Shown here piece by piece: positions 8,404 through 19,766 of a stretch of DNA of 64,000 nt. Source of the stretch: Candidatus Binataceae bacterium. Lineage in GTDB: Bacteria > Desulfobacterota > Binatia > Binatales > Binataceae. Both the position numbers and the translations under genes were made by a program. Each line of letters begins with the position of its first letter. The first letter of the stretch is position 1. The notes under the pieces are model-generated. The model worked only from the letters and a program-made list of their open reading frames with translations. It searched no databases and had not been told where the DNA came from. The stretch covers positions 19,614 through 83,613 of the forward strand of contig DATGLK010000102.1 in NCBI GenBank assembly GCA_035294265.1. Reading direction: 5' to 3'.

Positions 8404-11400
8404 TGGTTATTTATCGACCCGTCTGGATCGTGCGCGGCGCGTTGCTGACGCTGCTCCTATTTTCCCTCTCGTGCAGCGGCGGCTCCTCTTCCTCCTCTCC
8501 ACCGGTCAGCGTCTCGGGTCTTTGTCAGCAGGCCTTCGCGCCTCCCAGCAATCTTCATGGGGTTGTGGCCCACGCCGTTGCTACTTCAACCCCCGCCCCG
8601 GTGCCGCTGTCGAGCTGCACCATGGATACCAACCGTGACGTGGTTATCGGCTCCGGGGGCTGCGGCCCCAATGTGTACGTCGACAAATCCTTCGTAGACT
8701 CCAATGGCACCGGCCTGGGATCCATCACCATCAACAGCGATGGAATTCTGGCTTTTCTCCACGATCCAGGCTTCGAGCCCTATCAACTCGACACGTCCGG
8801 GATCGTGGTTAATGGGACGTTGCGGGCCGGCGATTCGACCTGCCCGGTTGGCAGCAACAATCCGGGAACCAGCGTTGCGGTTATCAACTTCACCGACGCC
8901 CAAGCGGTCAACGGCGTAACCAAGGGTATCACCGTCAACTCGGGCGGCACCCTGCAGCTTTATGGCTCAACCGGCGTCGCGCCGGTTCCCTCCGGCACCC
9001 CCACGCCGGGCGTGAATCCTCAGGCCCCGAGCTGGACCTATCTGAGTGCCCCAGCGGGACCGCCGAGCTTATATGGCGCCAATCTGGGCGTTGCCAGTCC
9101 GGTCACCGCGCCCAACAACGCCACCACCATCACCGTGGCGGATTACGTCAATTGGCAGCCCAGCCAATGGATCGTTGTGGCGGGCACCGATTTCTCCCCG
9201 GACAGCTCCGAGTTCGTGATGATCGACTCGGTCCAATGCGCCGGCGCAAGCACCGGCCCCTGCACCATTATTCTCGATAGCAAAACCCCGCTGGTGAACT
9301 ACCATTTTGGCGGTCCCGCGCCCGACACGGGAGCGAATGCCTTCAACGACGGCCCCAGCCAGAACTACGGCGTGGACGAGCGCGCCGAGGTCGGCTTGAT
9401 CAGCCGCAACGTCAAGCTCACGTCGACCATCACCGGCACAGATACTCATTGGGGCGGCGAAATCAAAATCATGCCGGGGTACAACCTGGTCCAGATTCAA
9501 GGCGTGGAGATCGAAAAATTCGGCAAGGACCAGGCCGGCAGCTATCCTATCCATTTTCACATGGTGGGAGACGTCAGTCCCGGCACGTTGATCAACAGCA
9601 ACAGCATCCACCACGGCTTTAACCATTGCATCACGCTGCATGCCACCAACAATCTGACCATCAGTAATAATATCTGCGCTCGCATCGTCGACCACCTCTT
9701 CTACTTCGAAACCGGGACCGAAACCGGCGACACTTTGGTGGACAACCTCGGCGTGGGGGTGATGAGCAACGAGTTCAGCATCCCGGCGGGCAACACCAAC
9801 GCGCTAGCCGCCTTTTGGAGCGGAGACTACCTGGCGGCGCAAAACGGCTACGGCTACAACGGCTTCAATATTCCCTTCACCGACAATCAGGCGCCCTCCG
9901 CCGCGACCGTGATCGGCGATCCGCTGGGCGAAACTTCATCGGGTTTCTGGATCACCAACCCGGCAGCCAATAAGTTTGTCGGCAACGACGTCAGTGGATG
10001 CCAGGACCAGGGCCGCGCCTTTTGGATTCTGCCTCCCGCGAGTCAACCCGACGTGGCGAAACTGCCGCTACCTGCGGGTAATTTTTCATCCAATCGGGCG
10101 CACGGCTGTTATACGGGATTCGACACCGCGTCGGATTTGAATGTGACGGGCGCCGTCAATTACACCCCTCAAGGGTCGTGCGTCGGCGGTCCCTTGGCCG
10201 GCAGCGGGACCAATTGCGACGTGGTAACCGAATTCGATCACCTGACCGCCACGCGCAATCGCAACCGCGGGATCTGGGTGCGGCCCGGCTGGTATGTGCT
10301 CGATGGGGCCCGGTTGGCCACCAATCGCGACGGCGCATCGCTGGTCTCCAGCGGCGGCACCGAAGGTTCGCCGCCGGGCGAATGGGGCCTGCTCACGAAC
10401 TCGATCGCGGTCGGGATCAGCACCAACAATCCCTGGCGCTTCGGCCCCTGCCCTTATCCCGGGCAGGACGGCTTTGGCGGCAGCCAGGGATGCTGGGGGA
10501 GTTCCAACGGCGGTCTGATCGGTAACGGCTACCCCACGCCGCAATGGAACATGTTCGGCTACATGTTCTACGACGGGCCAGCGCGGCTTGAAAACGTCAA
10601 ATTCGTCAACTTCGTCCAAAGCGTCGAGCCGATGCTGACCGCCAGCGATGCGGGGTTTCTTCAATATTTCTCGAATACCAACAAGATGCTGTGCGCGCCC
10701 AGCGTGCCATTCCAGTACGAAGGCGACGCCGCGATGGGTTGGTTTCAGTCCAACGAAAACAGCTATCCGCCGACCCAGTTCACCAAAGATTTGACGTTTT
10801 ACAACGTCGCCCTGCGTCACGAGGTCTATACCCAGGACGTAGAGAATACTTGCTCCCCCGTCCCAGCCACCGGCGCCAATTTCCGCGACGGCGACAAGTT
10901 CACCGTGATCCAAGACCACGACACCACGCTGACCGGTCTGCAGGTGGTGCCCAACGGCGGCGGTTCGCCGATCGCCGGCGCCTACCCGATTTCGCTGAAC
11001 AATCTGCCATTCCTGGCCGGACCCGGCACGGTTGACGAATGCCTCTCGGATGGTGCGCAAGACAACGTGCTCGAGCAGCGTCCAACCTCGCTGATGAGCC
11101 CCTATAGTTATGCGACTCTGGAGTTCTCCGCCCTCAATGGCTGTTCGGGCGGCTCCTGCGCCAACAGCGGCGTGATGGTCTTCACCAAGGACGAGATCGA
11201 CTATCCCAGCAACGGGGGTGCCGCGCAGTTCCAGTTCACCGATCAGGCGATCACCAACAACAATCAGATCGCGACGGTCAACTGCGGCGGTAGCCTGGCC
11301 AGCGGGACTGGAGTCGAAGGCCACGCTTGCGTGGCGCTCACCGGCCGCAACGGGCAGGGCGTATACGAGCCCAAGTTGGTCAATGGGCTTGGTTACACGG

Positions 11401-12575
11401 TTCAATCCAGTGTTGGCATGCCCAATTTTGTATCGTTGATGTACACCGACGCCGATCTGCCCGGGGGGATCAGCCCCCAAAACCCGTTCCAGGCGCGCAT
11501 TGGTATTTGCTACCAGAAGAACGTTCCCGCCAACGCCTTTATCGTATACAAGGGCAGCAAGCTGTTCGTTGGTCCGTTTGGCAACTTTGACAGTCTGGCC
11601 GGATTGATTCTGCCTCAGACAACCTCCTGCCAGGGTTTGGACAACGTGCTCTGCGGCACTAACGCCAACCCATTGTCGTGCCTGGACGGCAAGTGTCCAT
11701 CGGCGCCTTTCTATCCCGCCCCGACCGCGGTTCCCACTCCCGCGCCTGGCACTGCGCCTAATCCTCCCGGCGCTCCGATGCGTCTTACCCAAGTCGCGTC
11801 GTTAGCTCAGCTTTCGGATCCAACGATGTGCCCCAACGGAACGTGCTTCTATTATGACTCGATCTCGGGCCTGTTGTTCCTCGATCTGGTTCAGGAACAG
11901 CCCAATGCGGGAGGCGCATACAGTTCGCCGCTGGGCAGTTGCAGCGGGACCCAGAACACCAGCGACCCGGCCTGTACCGGGGAAAATTTCTACTCCGCTC
12001 CGGGCAGTGGGGCCGAACTCTACACCATCGAGGTGGACCCGAGTCACTACACTCCCAGTGGGCCGTCCGATTGCATTCCCTATGGACCTTCGGCCTTTAC
12101 TGATTATACCCAGCCCTATCCATCCAACTTGAACCAGCTCGCATACTCGGACGGTCAGGTCGTGCTGCCCCAGCTTGAAGCCACCAACCCGGCGTTTCCG
12201 CATCAGGTTGCCTCCAACGAGCCGACGAAGTTTTGTCCCACTAACCCGCCGGCCACGCCCGACTGGCCGCCCGCGCCCCCCTCCGCCATTCCGACCAACT
12301 TCACCATCGCGCTGCCCGCCGGCGTCTCGGTGACTCTGACCCCCAACGTCACCCCAATTCCAGTTCAGGGTAATCCGCTTTACCCGCTGAGCCCGGGAGC
12401 ATACATGGTGACAGCGTCCGCTTCTCCGTGCACCTCGGGCATTTGCCAATGCAATCAGAACGTCACCGTCACCTCGACCGGCTGGAGCACCAGCGGAAAT
12501 ACCTGCTGCGGCCTAGGCGGCAGCGGAACCACGATCGGGGTCGCGGCCCAACCCTGGAAATGCACCGGCCCCTAG
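8404..12575 (+). CDS. giant secreted (possibly lipidated) right-handed beta-helix protein, G8/CEMIP-TMEM2-like region, Pro/Thr linker and Cys-rich C-terminal tail
   Basis: The 4.2-kb ORF has consistent GC3 bias. TTG 8404 is preferred over TTG 8358 (GAAGGAG SD at 8387-8393). The signal peptide is MVIYRPVWIVRGALLTLLLFSLSC followed by a Ser-rich linker. The internal block GGEIKIMPGYNLVQIQGVEIEKFGKDQAGSYPIHFHMVGD...NSNSIHHGFNHCITLHATNNLTISNN looks like parallel beta-helix repeats. From memory, the YPIHFH motif occurs in CEMIP/TMEM2 (G8-domain) family proteins. The C-terminus is ...CTSGICQCNQN...NTCCGLGG...KCTGP. Confidence 0.75.
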
Positions 12576-12824
12576 CAACAACCCTCGTGTTCAGAAAGCG
12601 CGCCCAAGAAGGGAGAAAGAGTTGATGTCGAAAAAGTGAGCACGGGGGTGTGCCAGCGAGTTTTGTTGGGCAGCATGGCGTTGACAATAACGAGCGACTC
12701 GCGCATACAGGCGGTGAGCCCCCGAACAGCTTCAACGCTTTATGATAAGCCGTTTCGGCGAGACTGGGCCGCCAACCTGCCGTTTTGTTAGATTAGCCGA
12801 TAATTCCACAGCGAGGGGGACGCG

Positions 12825-13775
12825 ATGCGAATCGATCTGCATAGCCATTACTATCCGGCGCAATACCTGGGGCAGCTGGAGCGATGCGGTTTGCGCGGGG
12901 TCGGCGTCCTGCGCGGTTTGCACGCCGGCGACGCGCCGGAGGAACTGGAAGCGCGCCTGCGCGACATGGACCGGGCGCGGGTGAAGATGCAGGTGCTGTC
13001 GGCAGGCGCGCACGGACCGTATTTCGCCCGCCCCGAGGATGCGATCGTCGCTGCCCGCACCGCCAACGACACTTACGCCGAAGTGGTGCGGCGCCATCCC
13101 GGTCGCTTCGCGCTGTTCGCCTCCACGCCCCTGCCGCATTTGGACGCCGCGATGCGCGAGCTGGAGCGGGCGATAGACGAGCTGCACGCGGTGGGCGTCA
13201 ACGTCACCACCTCGGTGCTGGGCAAGCCGATTGCCGATCCGGCGTTCGATCCATTCTTCGAGGAGCTTAACCGCCGCCGCGCTGCGTTGTTTATTCATCC
13301 GGCGGGCGTGGGCGCCTGCTCGCCGCATGTGGAGGAGTACGGCCTGACCTGGGCGATCGGGGCGCCGATCGAAGACACCGTGGTGGCGTTGCAACTGATC
13401 GCGCGCAAATTTCCCCAGCGCTACCCCGAAATTAGGATAGTGATTTCGCACCTGGGCGGCGCCTTGCCCATGTTGATCGCGCGGCTAGACCATCTGATGC
13501 CGCTGTTCGGAACGCCGCTGGACGAGAAGCCCAGCGCGACGGCGCGGCGGATGTGGTACGACACTGTGGCGCACAACTCGTCTCCCGCGCTGCGCTGCGC
13601 CGGCGACACGCTGGGATGGGACCGGTTAGTGCTGGGCAGTGACTATCCTTATCAGAGCGCGCAATGGTATCAGGGCTGCGTGGAGTACATCGAAAGTTGT
13701 GGACGACCCGCGGCCGACGTCAGAGCCATCCTGGAGGACAATCCCGCCGCGGTTCTTCTCAAACCCGCCAACTGA
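12825..13775 (+). CDS. amidohydrolase-2 family protein (ACMSD / LigW-type decarboxylase-hydrolase fold)
   Basis: IDLHSHYYP (HxH metal ligands), FIHP, ISHLGG, LGSDYPY; GGGGG SD just upstream of the ATG. Confidence 0.8.
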   Translation: MRIDLHSHYYPAQYLGQLERCGLRGVGVLRGLHAGDAPEELEARLRDMDRARVKMQVLSAGAHGPYFARPEDAIVAARTANDTYAEVVRRHPGRFALFASTPLPHLDAAMRELERAIDELHAVGVNVTTSVLGKPIADPAFDPFFEELNRRRAALFIHPAGVGACSPHVEEYGLTWAIGAPIEDTVVALQLIARKFPQRYPEIRIVISHLGGALPMLIARLDHLMPLFGTPLDEKPSATARRMWYDTVAHNSSPALRCAGDTLGWDRLVLGSDYPYQSAQWYQGCVEYIESCGRPAADVRAILEDNPAAVLLKPAN

Positions 13776-13792
13776 ACAGTGGGAAGCGCACC

Positions 13793-15403
13793 ATGATCGA
13801 CGAGAAGGACGTTTTGGTTTCAATGCGCGATGGCGCCCGCCTGGGAGCGCGGATCTACCGGCCCGACAGCGGCCGGAGCCCGGCCTTGCTGGCGATAGGT
13901 CCTTACCGCTACGACAACAACCAACTACCGCCCTCGCCGCAATTCCTATGGCGTGAGACCGGGCCGATCGAATGGTATGTCTCGCAGGGTTATGCCTTCG
14001 TGCACGTCGATGTGCGCGGGACCGGGATTTCCGACGGCGAGTTCGGGCTGCTCGATCGCATTGAGCAGCAGGACATGTTCGACGTCGTCGAATGGATCGC
14101 GCGCCAGCCCTGGTGCAGCGGCAAGGTAGGCGGAATCGGCGAATCCTACTACTGCATGGCGCAATGGTTCATGGGAGCGGTCAACCCTCCCCATCTGGCC
14201 TGCATCGCGCCCTATGATGGGATGACCGATCCCTATCGCTACCTGGCTTACCAGGGCGGCATCGAGGGGTACTTCCCCAGCTTCTGGTACACCATCAGTG
14301 TACGCCTGCCCAATCTCCATCCCGCTAACCGCGACCACCCGCGCGAAGTGACCCGTGATCTGATGCTCGACATCCAGCGCCATCCGTTTTACGACGAGTT
14401 CTGGCGCGAGCGGGCCGCCGTCGAGCAGCTCGACAAGATTCAGGTCCCGGCTTTTATCATTGGCGTGTGGGCAAAGAACGACTTTCATCTGCCGGGGATG
14501 CTGATCGGCTACGAGCGGGTCCGCGGGCCGCGTAAGTTGCTGATTACCGCCACTGCATCGCCGTTGACCGCGCTGTTGGACTTCGCCAGCGTCGAATTTC
14601 ATCAAAAGTACCTGCTGCCCTTTTACGACCGCTACCTGAAGGACCAGCAAAACGGCTTCGAGAACCGCCCCAACGTCGAGTACGCCGTCCATAATACCGG
14701 GGTAATACGCTGTTTCGAGACCTGGCCGCCGCCGGGTGTAAAGCGCCGCCGCCTGTTCCTGGCCAAGGGGCCCAGCGGCAGCGTAAGCTCGCTCAACGAC
14801 GGCCTGCTGGCGCCAGCCCCATCGCCTGGCGGCGGCAGCACCACCTATTCTTATCCGCAGCCGACCTGGCTGGGCGTAGTGGTGGGACCGCAGCCGCCCG
14901 ATCCGGTGCGCCAGGTGCTGACCTTCACGACCCCGACGCTAGACAAGGACCTGGAACTCGCCGGCGGCGCGAAGCTGGTACTCTATGCCTCTTCGACCCG
15001 CGACGACATGGATTTTTTGGTCAAAGTCTGCGAGCAGTTCGCGCAGGAGCCCGCCGCCGGTATGCAGCCGCGCTTTCGAGTGGTGGGGCGCGGCTGGCTG
15101 CGCGCCTCCCACCAGGAGCGCGACCCGCGCTTTGATCGCGAGGACGCCCCCTATTACACCCATGCGCGCGCAGTGCCGCTGGAACCGGGAAAGATTTACC
15201 AGATAGAAATCGCGATCGTACCCTGTGCTTATCGCTTCAGCAAAGGCAATCGCATCCGGCTGGAAATCGCTTGCACCGACTCACCGGTATTCGATCCGCT
15301 GAGCATGCATATGTATCGGCCCGACAAGATCGGCGCGGATACGATTTTCCACGATGCTAAGTATCCCTCCTACCTGGAACTGCCAGTCCTCGACGCGGAG
15401 TGA
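13793..15403 (+). CDS. CocE/NonD family hydrolase (S15 X-Pro dipeptidyl-peptidase-like serine hydrolase)
   Basis: Start set at ATG 13793 (MIDEKDVLVSMRDGARL...), which aligns with the N-termini of the two paralogs. WYVSQGYAFVHVDVRGTGISDGEF, nucleophile motif GIGESYYCMAQW. Confidence 0.8.
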   Translation: MIDEKDVLVSMRDGARLGARIYRPDSGRSPALLAIGPYRYDNNQLPPSPQFLWRETGPIEWYVSQGYAFVHVDVRGTGISDGEFGLLDRIEQQDMFDVVEWIARQPWCSGKVGGIGESYYCMAQWFMGAVNPPHLACIAPYDGMTDPYRYLAYQGGIEGYFPSFWYTISVRLPNLHPANRDHPREVTRDLMLDIQRHPFYDEFWRERAAVEQLDKIQVPAFIIGVWAKNDFHLPGMLIGYERVRGPRKLLITATASPLTALLDFASVEFHQKYLLPFYDRYLKDQQNGFENRPNVEYAVHNTGVIRCFETWPPPGVKRRRLFLAKGPSGSVSSLNDGLLAPAPSPGGGSTTYSYPQPTWLGVVVGPQPPDPVRQVLTFTTPTLDKDLELAGGAKLVLYASSTRDDMDFLVKVCEQFAQEPAAGMQPRFRVVGRGWLRASHQERDPRFDREDAPYYTHARAVPLEPGKIYQIEIAIVPCAYRFSKGNRIRLEIACTDSPVFDPLSMHMYRPDKIGADTIFHDAKYPSYLELPVLDAE

Positions 15404-15415
15404 GTTGTCTTCGGC

Positions 15416-16666
15416 TCACCCCACGCCGACGGCGGCGCCAGTGTGCGCTCGCGCGGCGACCGGCACCTCGGGATGGCGCGGCTTGCATCCCAAGGCACAG
15501 ATGGCAGCGAAAATCAGCAGGGTGGCCAAGATCTCGAAGCCATAGCGGTAAGTCTGGGTATGCACGTACAGCCAGCCCATCGAGACCGGACCCAGCGCGC
15601 CGCCCAGCGCCGAAAACATATAGAGCAGGCCAATCAGCGAGCCCAGCCGCTTTAGTCCGTAACATTCGGTGATAACCAGTGGGATTAGCGACAGCGGCGC
15701 AATGATCGTCAATCCCCAGACCACGGTCCAGCCAACCAGGACAATTTCATAACCGACAAACAGCAGCATGCTCACGCCGATGGCGTTACCGAAAAGATCG
15801 AGCGCCAACGCCGTTCGGCCGCTGATCCGGTCGGCCAACCAACCCATGATCACCTTGCCCACGCCGGCCAAGCCGGTAGCGATTCCAAACGCGCGCACCG
15901 CTACCGTACGGCCATAACCGGCGCCGGTGATATAGGGAATAGTATGAGCAGTAGTCGCGGCGAGGGTGAGGTTGAAGGTGAATTGACAGACCGCAATCAG
16001 CCAGAAGGCACGCCCACGCATCGCTTCGCCCAATTCCGCTCCGGGCAGAATGCTGGCGGCCGAGCCGGCGACCGCGCTTTGCAGCGGACGAGTGCGCACT
16101 TTCCAGATCACCAGCGGCAGGATCAACACGATGATCGGTAACGGAACGACCGCATAACTGGCACGCCAACCCCAGCTGTAAATCACCCGGTTGACCACGA
16201 TGTAAAGAACCATCCCGCCTACCGACATACCCGCCAGGGCCAAGCCCAACGCGAGGCCTCGACGTCGCGGCTCGAACCAATTGGAAACGACCACCGCGCA
16301 GGGACTGAGAGTCGCCGCCGCATCGCCCAGGCCGATGAGAAAGTAGCTCACGGCCAACGCAGCGTAGGAATGGGCCAGCGCGGCAAGAATGAATCCAGCG
16401 CTGAGCACGACCACGCCGGCGCTCATCACGATTTGTGCATCGAGGAAGTCAATGAGCCAGCCCACCAGCGGCATTCCGATCGCGCCCATCGAGAAGCCCG
16501 CGAATGTTTGCAGTGTGGATGAACGCAGGCGGTTCCAGCCGAAGGCGCGCTCGATGGGGATCATATAAACGGGCAGAATGATGAAAGCGCCGTGAACGAA
16601 AAACATCTCGACGAACATAATGGCGACCAGCCACCATGCGCGCTTCTCTCTAGCGTCCATCCTCAC
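15416..16666 (-). CDS. MFS transporter (paralog 1 of 3)
   Basis: 416 aa, ~12 hydrophobic helices, MFS signature region GWLIDFLDAQIVMSAG; similar to 25906-27153 and 28666-29928. Confidence 0.8.
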   Translation of the reverse strand: MRMDAREKRAWWLVAIMFVEMFFVHGAFIILPVYMIPIERAFGWNRLRSSTLQTFAGFSMGAIGMPLVGWLIDFLDAQIVMSAGVVVLSAGFILAALAHSYAALAVSYFLIGLGDAAATLSPCAVVVSNWFEPRRRGLALGLALAGMSVGGMVLYIVVNRVIYSWGWRASYAVVPLPIIVLILPLVIWKVRTRPLQSAVAGSAASILPGAELGEAMRGRAFWLIAVCQFTFNLTLAATTAHTIPYITGAGYGRTVAVRAFGIATGLAGVGKVIMGWLADRISGRTALALDLFGNAIGVSMLLFVGYEIVLVGWTVVWGLTIIAPLSLIPLVITECYGLKRLGSLIGLLYMFSALGGALGPVSMGWLYVHTQTYRYGFEILATLLIFAAICALGCKPRHPEVPVAARAHTGAAVGVG

Positions 16667-16782
16667 CCCCTATGCACGGACCGCGGCGTTTCACGTCGCT
16701 CGTGGGCGAATCGAGCTAACCGCCCAGGCGGGCGCGGCTTCAAGCCGCGCCCTTGAAAGTTTTCCCTCGCTTCGAGGGTGAT

Positions 16783-17712
16783 TTAGAGCGGCGGTACCTT
16801 CCAGGCATGAGGATCGGGGATGTTGGTATTAAGCCCGCGCATCGGCGAACCGCCGAGAACGCCAGTGCCCCACTGGTCCGCATTTTCGGGACACATCAAC
16901 AGTGTCTTGCACTGATAGCTGTCGTCCACTTGCTGAATGTCCGCAGTGTATTCGAGCAGGTTGCCGCTGGGATCGGCGAAATAGGCGAAAGTGTTGTTGC
17001 CCAAAACGTGGCGGCCGGGTCCCCATTGCAGCATTGCCTTCTCCTTGAGCAGGCGCCCTACCCCGCGCATCATCTCTTCGACGTCGCGCATCTCGAAGGC
17101 CACGTGCTGCAGCGCCGGTCCCGTGCCTGGAACGAAGGCAATACTATGGTGATCGCTGTCGCAGCGCAAAAAGCTGAAACACTTCTGCCCGTTGTCGTTG
17201 ACGAACCAGTCTGACACCTTGAAACCGAGTTGCGTCACATAGAAGTCGGTGGTCCTTTCCAGGTTGGGGGAGTGCATCACGATGTGGGAGAGCTTTTTCG
17301 GAATCGATTCCCCGCGCTTAAGCTCGCGCGCGCTGCGCTCCTTGACGCCGCTGGAGATTTCCACGGCGCGGCCGTCAGGATCGAAAAAGCGGAAGCCGTA
17401 ACCGCCGCCCGGAGTCTTGAGCGCTTCCGGCTGGCTTATCAGGCGCACTCCAGCTTTCGCCAGCTTGGCAGCCAACCCATCGACCGCGGCGCTGCTGTCG
17501 GTAGCCAGAGCAATCAAATCGATCCCCCGCTCCGAACCGCCGCGCAGCCGAAAGATATAAGCCTCGGGCGAGCCTTCGGCGGCGAAAAATGATAGCTTGC
17601 CGTCGTGCTCGGCTTCTTCCAGGCACCAAGTTTTTTTGATGAACTCCCGTTCGCTGTCGAAGTCGGGAACCTCCAAGGCGACGTGACGAATCGATGTAAC
17701 CCGATCTGCCAT
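16783..17712 (-). CDS. two-domain extradiol ring-cleavage dioxygenase (VOC superfamily, catechol 2,3-dioxygenase/BphC-like)
   Basis: IRHVALEVPDF; second module LSHIVMHSPNLERTTDFYVTQLGFKVSDW, CDSDHHSIAF, HVAFEM, AYFADPSGNLLEY (His/His/Glu iron ligands in expected order). Confidence 0.8.
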   Translation of the reverse strand: MADRVTSIRHVALEVPDFDSEREFIKKTWCLEEAEHDGKLSFFAAEGSPEAYIFRLRGGSERGIDLIALATDSSAAVDGLAAKLAKAGVRLISQPEALKTPGGGYGFRFFDPDGRAVEISSGVKERSARELKRGESIPKKLSHIVMHSPNLERTTDFYVTQLGFKVSDWFVNDNGQKCFSFLRCDSDHHSIAFVPGTGPALQHVAFEMRDVEEMMRGVGRLLKEKAMLQWGPGRHVLGNNTFAYFADPSGNLLEYTADIQQVDDSYQCKTLLMCPENADQWGTGVLGGSPMRGLNTNIPDPHAWKVPPL

Positions 17713-17844
17713 ACGAGCCCCCTGCCGTTATTAGGTTGAAAGTGAAATCGCGACTATTCACTCGCGGCCAGGCTTGCCCCCGGGTGACCCGGCAAGCCGG
17801 TTACCAGCTCGACCAGTAAAGCATAGCTCAGCCTCCTGTGGGTT

Positions 17845-18597
17845 TCACACGCGCACCAGACCGCCATCGACGTACAACGTCTGACCGGTCATGAAAGCAG
17901 CATCATCGCTGGTGAGAAACGATACCGCGCCGACTAGATCCTGGGGCATCGAAACCCGCTTAATCGCTTGGCGCTGGGCGATCATCTCATAGTAACCTTC
18001 GCGATTGCCTACCTGGGTCAAAGTTCCCGGGGTGCGGGTCAGACTGGGCGCAATCGCATTCACCGTGATTCCGTCCGGCCCCAACTCGCTGGCCAAGGAG
18101 CGGGTAAAACCCACCACTCCACCCTTGCTGGTGACGTAATGGACGAAGTTGGGGAGAACCATGCCCAAGGTGTTCGACGCGACATTGACCACCCTGCCCC
18201 ATCCTCGTGCCCGCATATCGGGTACGAACGCCTTGGACATCAAGAACATCGAGTCCAGATTGACGGCCAGGACGCGGCGCCATTGCTCAAACGTCATCTG
18301 GTGAAAACTCAGATGAGGAAGCACGCCGGCATCGTTGACTAGGATGTCGCAGCGGCCAAGGTCACGCATCACCTGCTCCGCCAACTTGGCCACGGATTGC
18401 GGCTCTGAAACATCGCACTGAAAGGCCACGGCCCGTCCGCCGGCGGACCTGATCGTGTCCAGCGTCGCACTCGCATCCTGGATATCAGCAATTGCGACTT
18501 GGACTCCGTCCTCTGCCAGCCGCGATGCGATTGCCTGGCCGATCCCCGAAGCTGCTCCGCTGACTACGGCGACCCTTCCTGCATGACCTTTACCCAT
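17845..18597 (-). CDS. SDR family NAD(P)-dependent oxidoreductase
   Basis: VVSGAASGIGQAIA (TGxxxGxG), NDAGV, catalytic YVTSK, 250 aa. Confidence 0.85.
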   Translation of the reverse strand: MGKGHAGRVAVVSGAASGIGQAIASRLAEDGVQVAIADIQDASATLDTIRSAGGRAVAFQCDVSEPQSVAKLAEQVMRDLGRCDILVNDAGVLPHLSFHQMTFEQWRRVLAVNLDSMFLMSKAFVPDMRARGWGRVVNVASNTLGMVLPNFVHYVTSKGGVVGFTRSLASELGPDGITVNAIAPSLTRTPGTLTQVGNREGYYEMIAQRQAIKRVSMPQDLVGAVSFLTSDDAAFMTGQTLYVDGGLVRV

Positions 18598-18629
18598 TGA
18601 TTTGGCTCCCCTGGTGGAATGATTCTTCC

Positions 18630-19712
18630 TTACAGCTCCTGGAGCCTGGGCAGCACCTTGGTGCCAAAAAGCTCCAAGGCTTGGCGCATCTTGGCCCCGC
18701 GCACGGCCAGACTGAGATCGAGGACGCCGGCGCCGATGGCCTGCTTCATCCTTTCGGCTTGCGCGATTACGCTCTCGGGACTTCCCAATAGCAATTCGCC
18801 GAGCTCGACCCGCTCTCGCAGCGTATGCGGCATGAGTCGCTCCTTGGCCACGGACAGATCCCTGCCGTAGTATCCGGTCTCGGTTACCGCGCTCTCCAGC
18901 GTCAAGCCGCCTATGGTCTGCGGTCCGCGCGTGCCGCCGGGACCCAAGTCCTCGGCCGCCTCCTGGTCAGTGGACGCGACATGTACCGCCGCCCGGTAAA
19001 TGATCTGCTCGGAGCCCGGCTCCCAGCCATGAGCCGCGGCTCGCTCCCGATAGTAGCGCGCGTTTTTTGCCGCCAGCGGGACGTTGGTGAACGCCAGACC
19101 CAGACCCAGATGGTTGGCGGCGGCGTATTCGCCCGACTCCGGGCTGGAACCCGACATGTAGAGCGGCGGATGGGGCTGCTGCACCGGGCGCGGCCAGATC
19201 GAAACCGCACGATAGCGGTAATAGCGCCCTTCCCAGCCAAACGGCTCGGGCTCGGTCCACGCTCGCCGAATAATCTCCACTCCTTCCTGAAAGCGCTCGC
19301 GCGATTCGGCGGGATTGATCGTGTAGGTCACGTATTCGTTGGGCGTGCCACGCATCAAGCCGGCGATAATTCGCCCCCCGCTCATCGTGTCGAGCATCGC
19401 GAATTCTTCGGCAACCCGGATCGGATTTAGAATTGGCAGGGTCGGACCGAGAATCGCGATACGGGCGCGCCGCACCACTTGGGTAAGGGCTCCGGCCAGC
19501 ACCATCGGATTGGGAGTAAGCGACAGCGGGGCGAAGTGATGCTCCGCCACCGACACCCAATCGAAACCAAGCTCGTCGGCTAGGCGAAAAAGCTCGAGCG
19601 TATGAGCCATCGAACGCTGCGCGATTTCGGGCGAATAGGCGGCCGCAGGGGCGGGCCAACCATGAGGAAACGGTCCCATGTAGGTGCCGATAAGAAACAA
19701 AGAAAGCTTCAT
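18630..19712 (-). CDS. LLM-class (luciferase-like) flavin/F420-dependent oxidoreductase
   Basis: LGFDWVSVAEHHF...; TIM-barrel LLM pattern, 360 aa. Confidence 0.7.
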   Translation of the reverse strand: MKLSLFLIGTYMGPFPHGWPAPAAAYSPEIAQRSMAHTLELFRLADELGFDWVSVAEHHFAPLSLTPNPMVLAGALTQVVRRARIAILGPTLPILNPIRVAEEFAMLDTMSGGRIIAGLMRGTPNEYVTYTINPAESRERFQEGVEIIRRAWTEPEPFGWEGRYYRYRAVSIWPRPVQQPHPPLYMSGSSPESGEYAAANHLGLGLAFTNVPLAAKNARYYRERAAAHGWEPGSEQIIYRAAVHVASTDQEAAEDLGPGGTRGPQTIGGLTLESAVTETGYYGRDLSVAKERLMPHTLRERVELGELLLGSPESVIAQAERMKQAIGAGVLDLSLAVRGAKMRQALELFGTKVLPRLQEL

Positions 19713-19766
19713 CGCCAGGCCTCGACCACTCGCCGAGCTTCGCCAAACTGTTATTGAAGCACGCCT

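Noticed and set aside
10086-11792. 568-aa minus-strand ORF inside the giant beta-helix gene
   Set aside because: Arg/Gly/Ala-rich low-complexity translation typical of the antisense frame of a high-GC gene; the sense frame carries signal peptide and beta-helix motifs.
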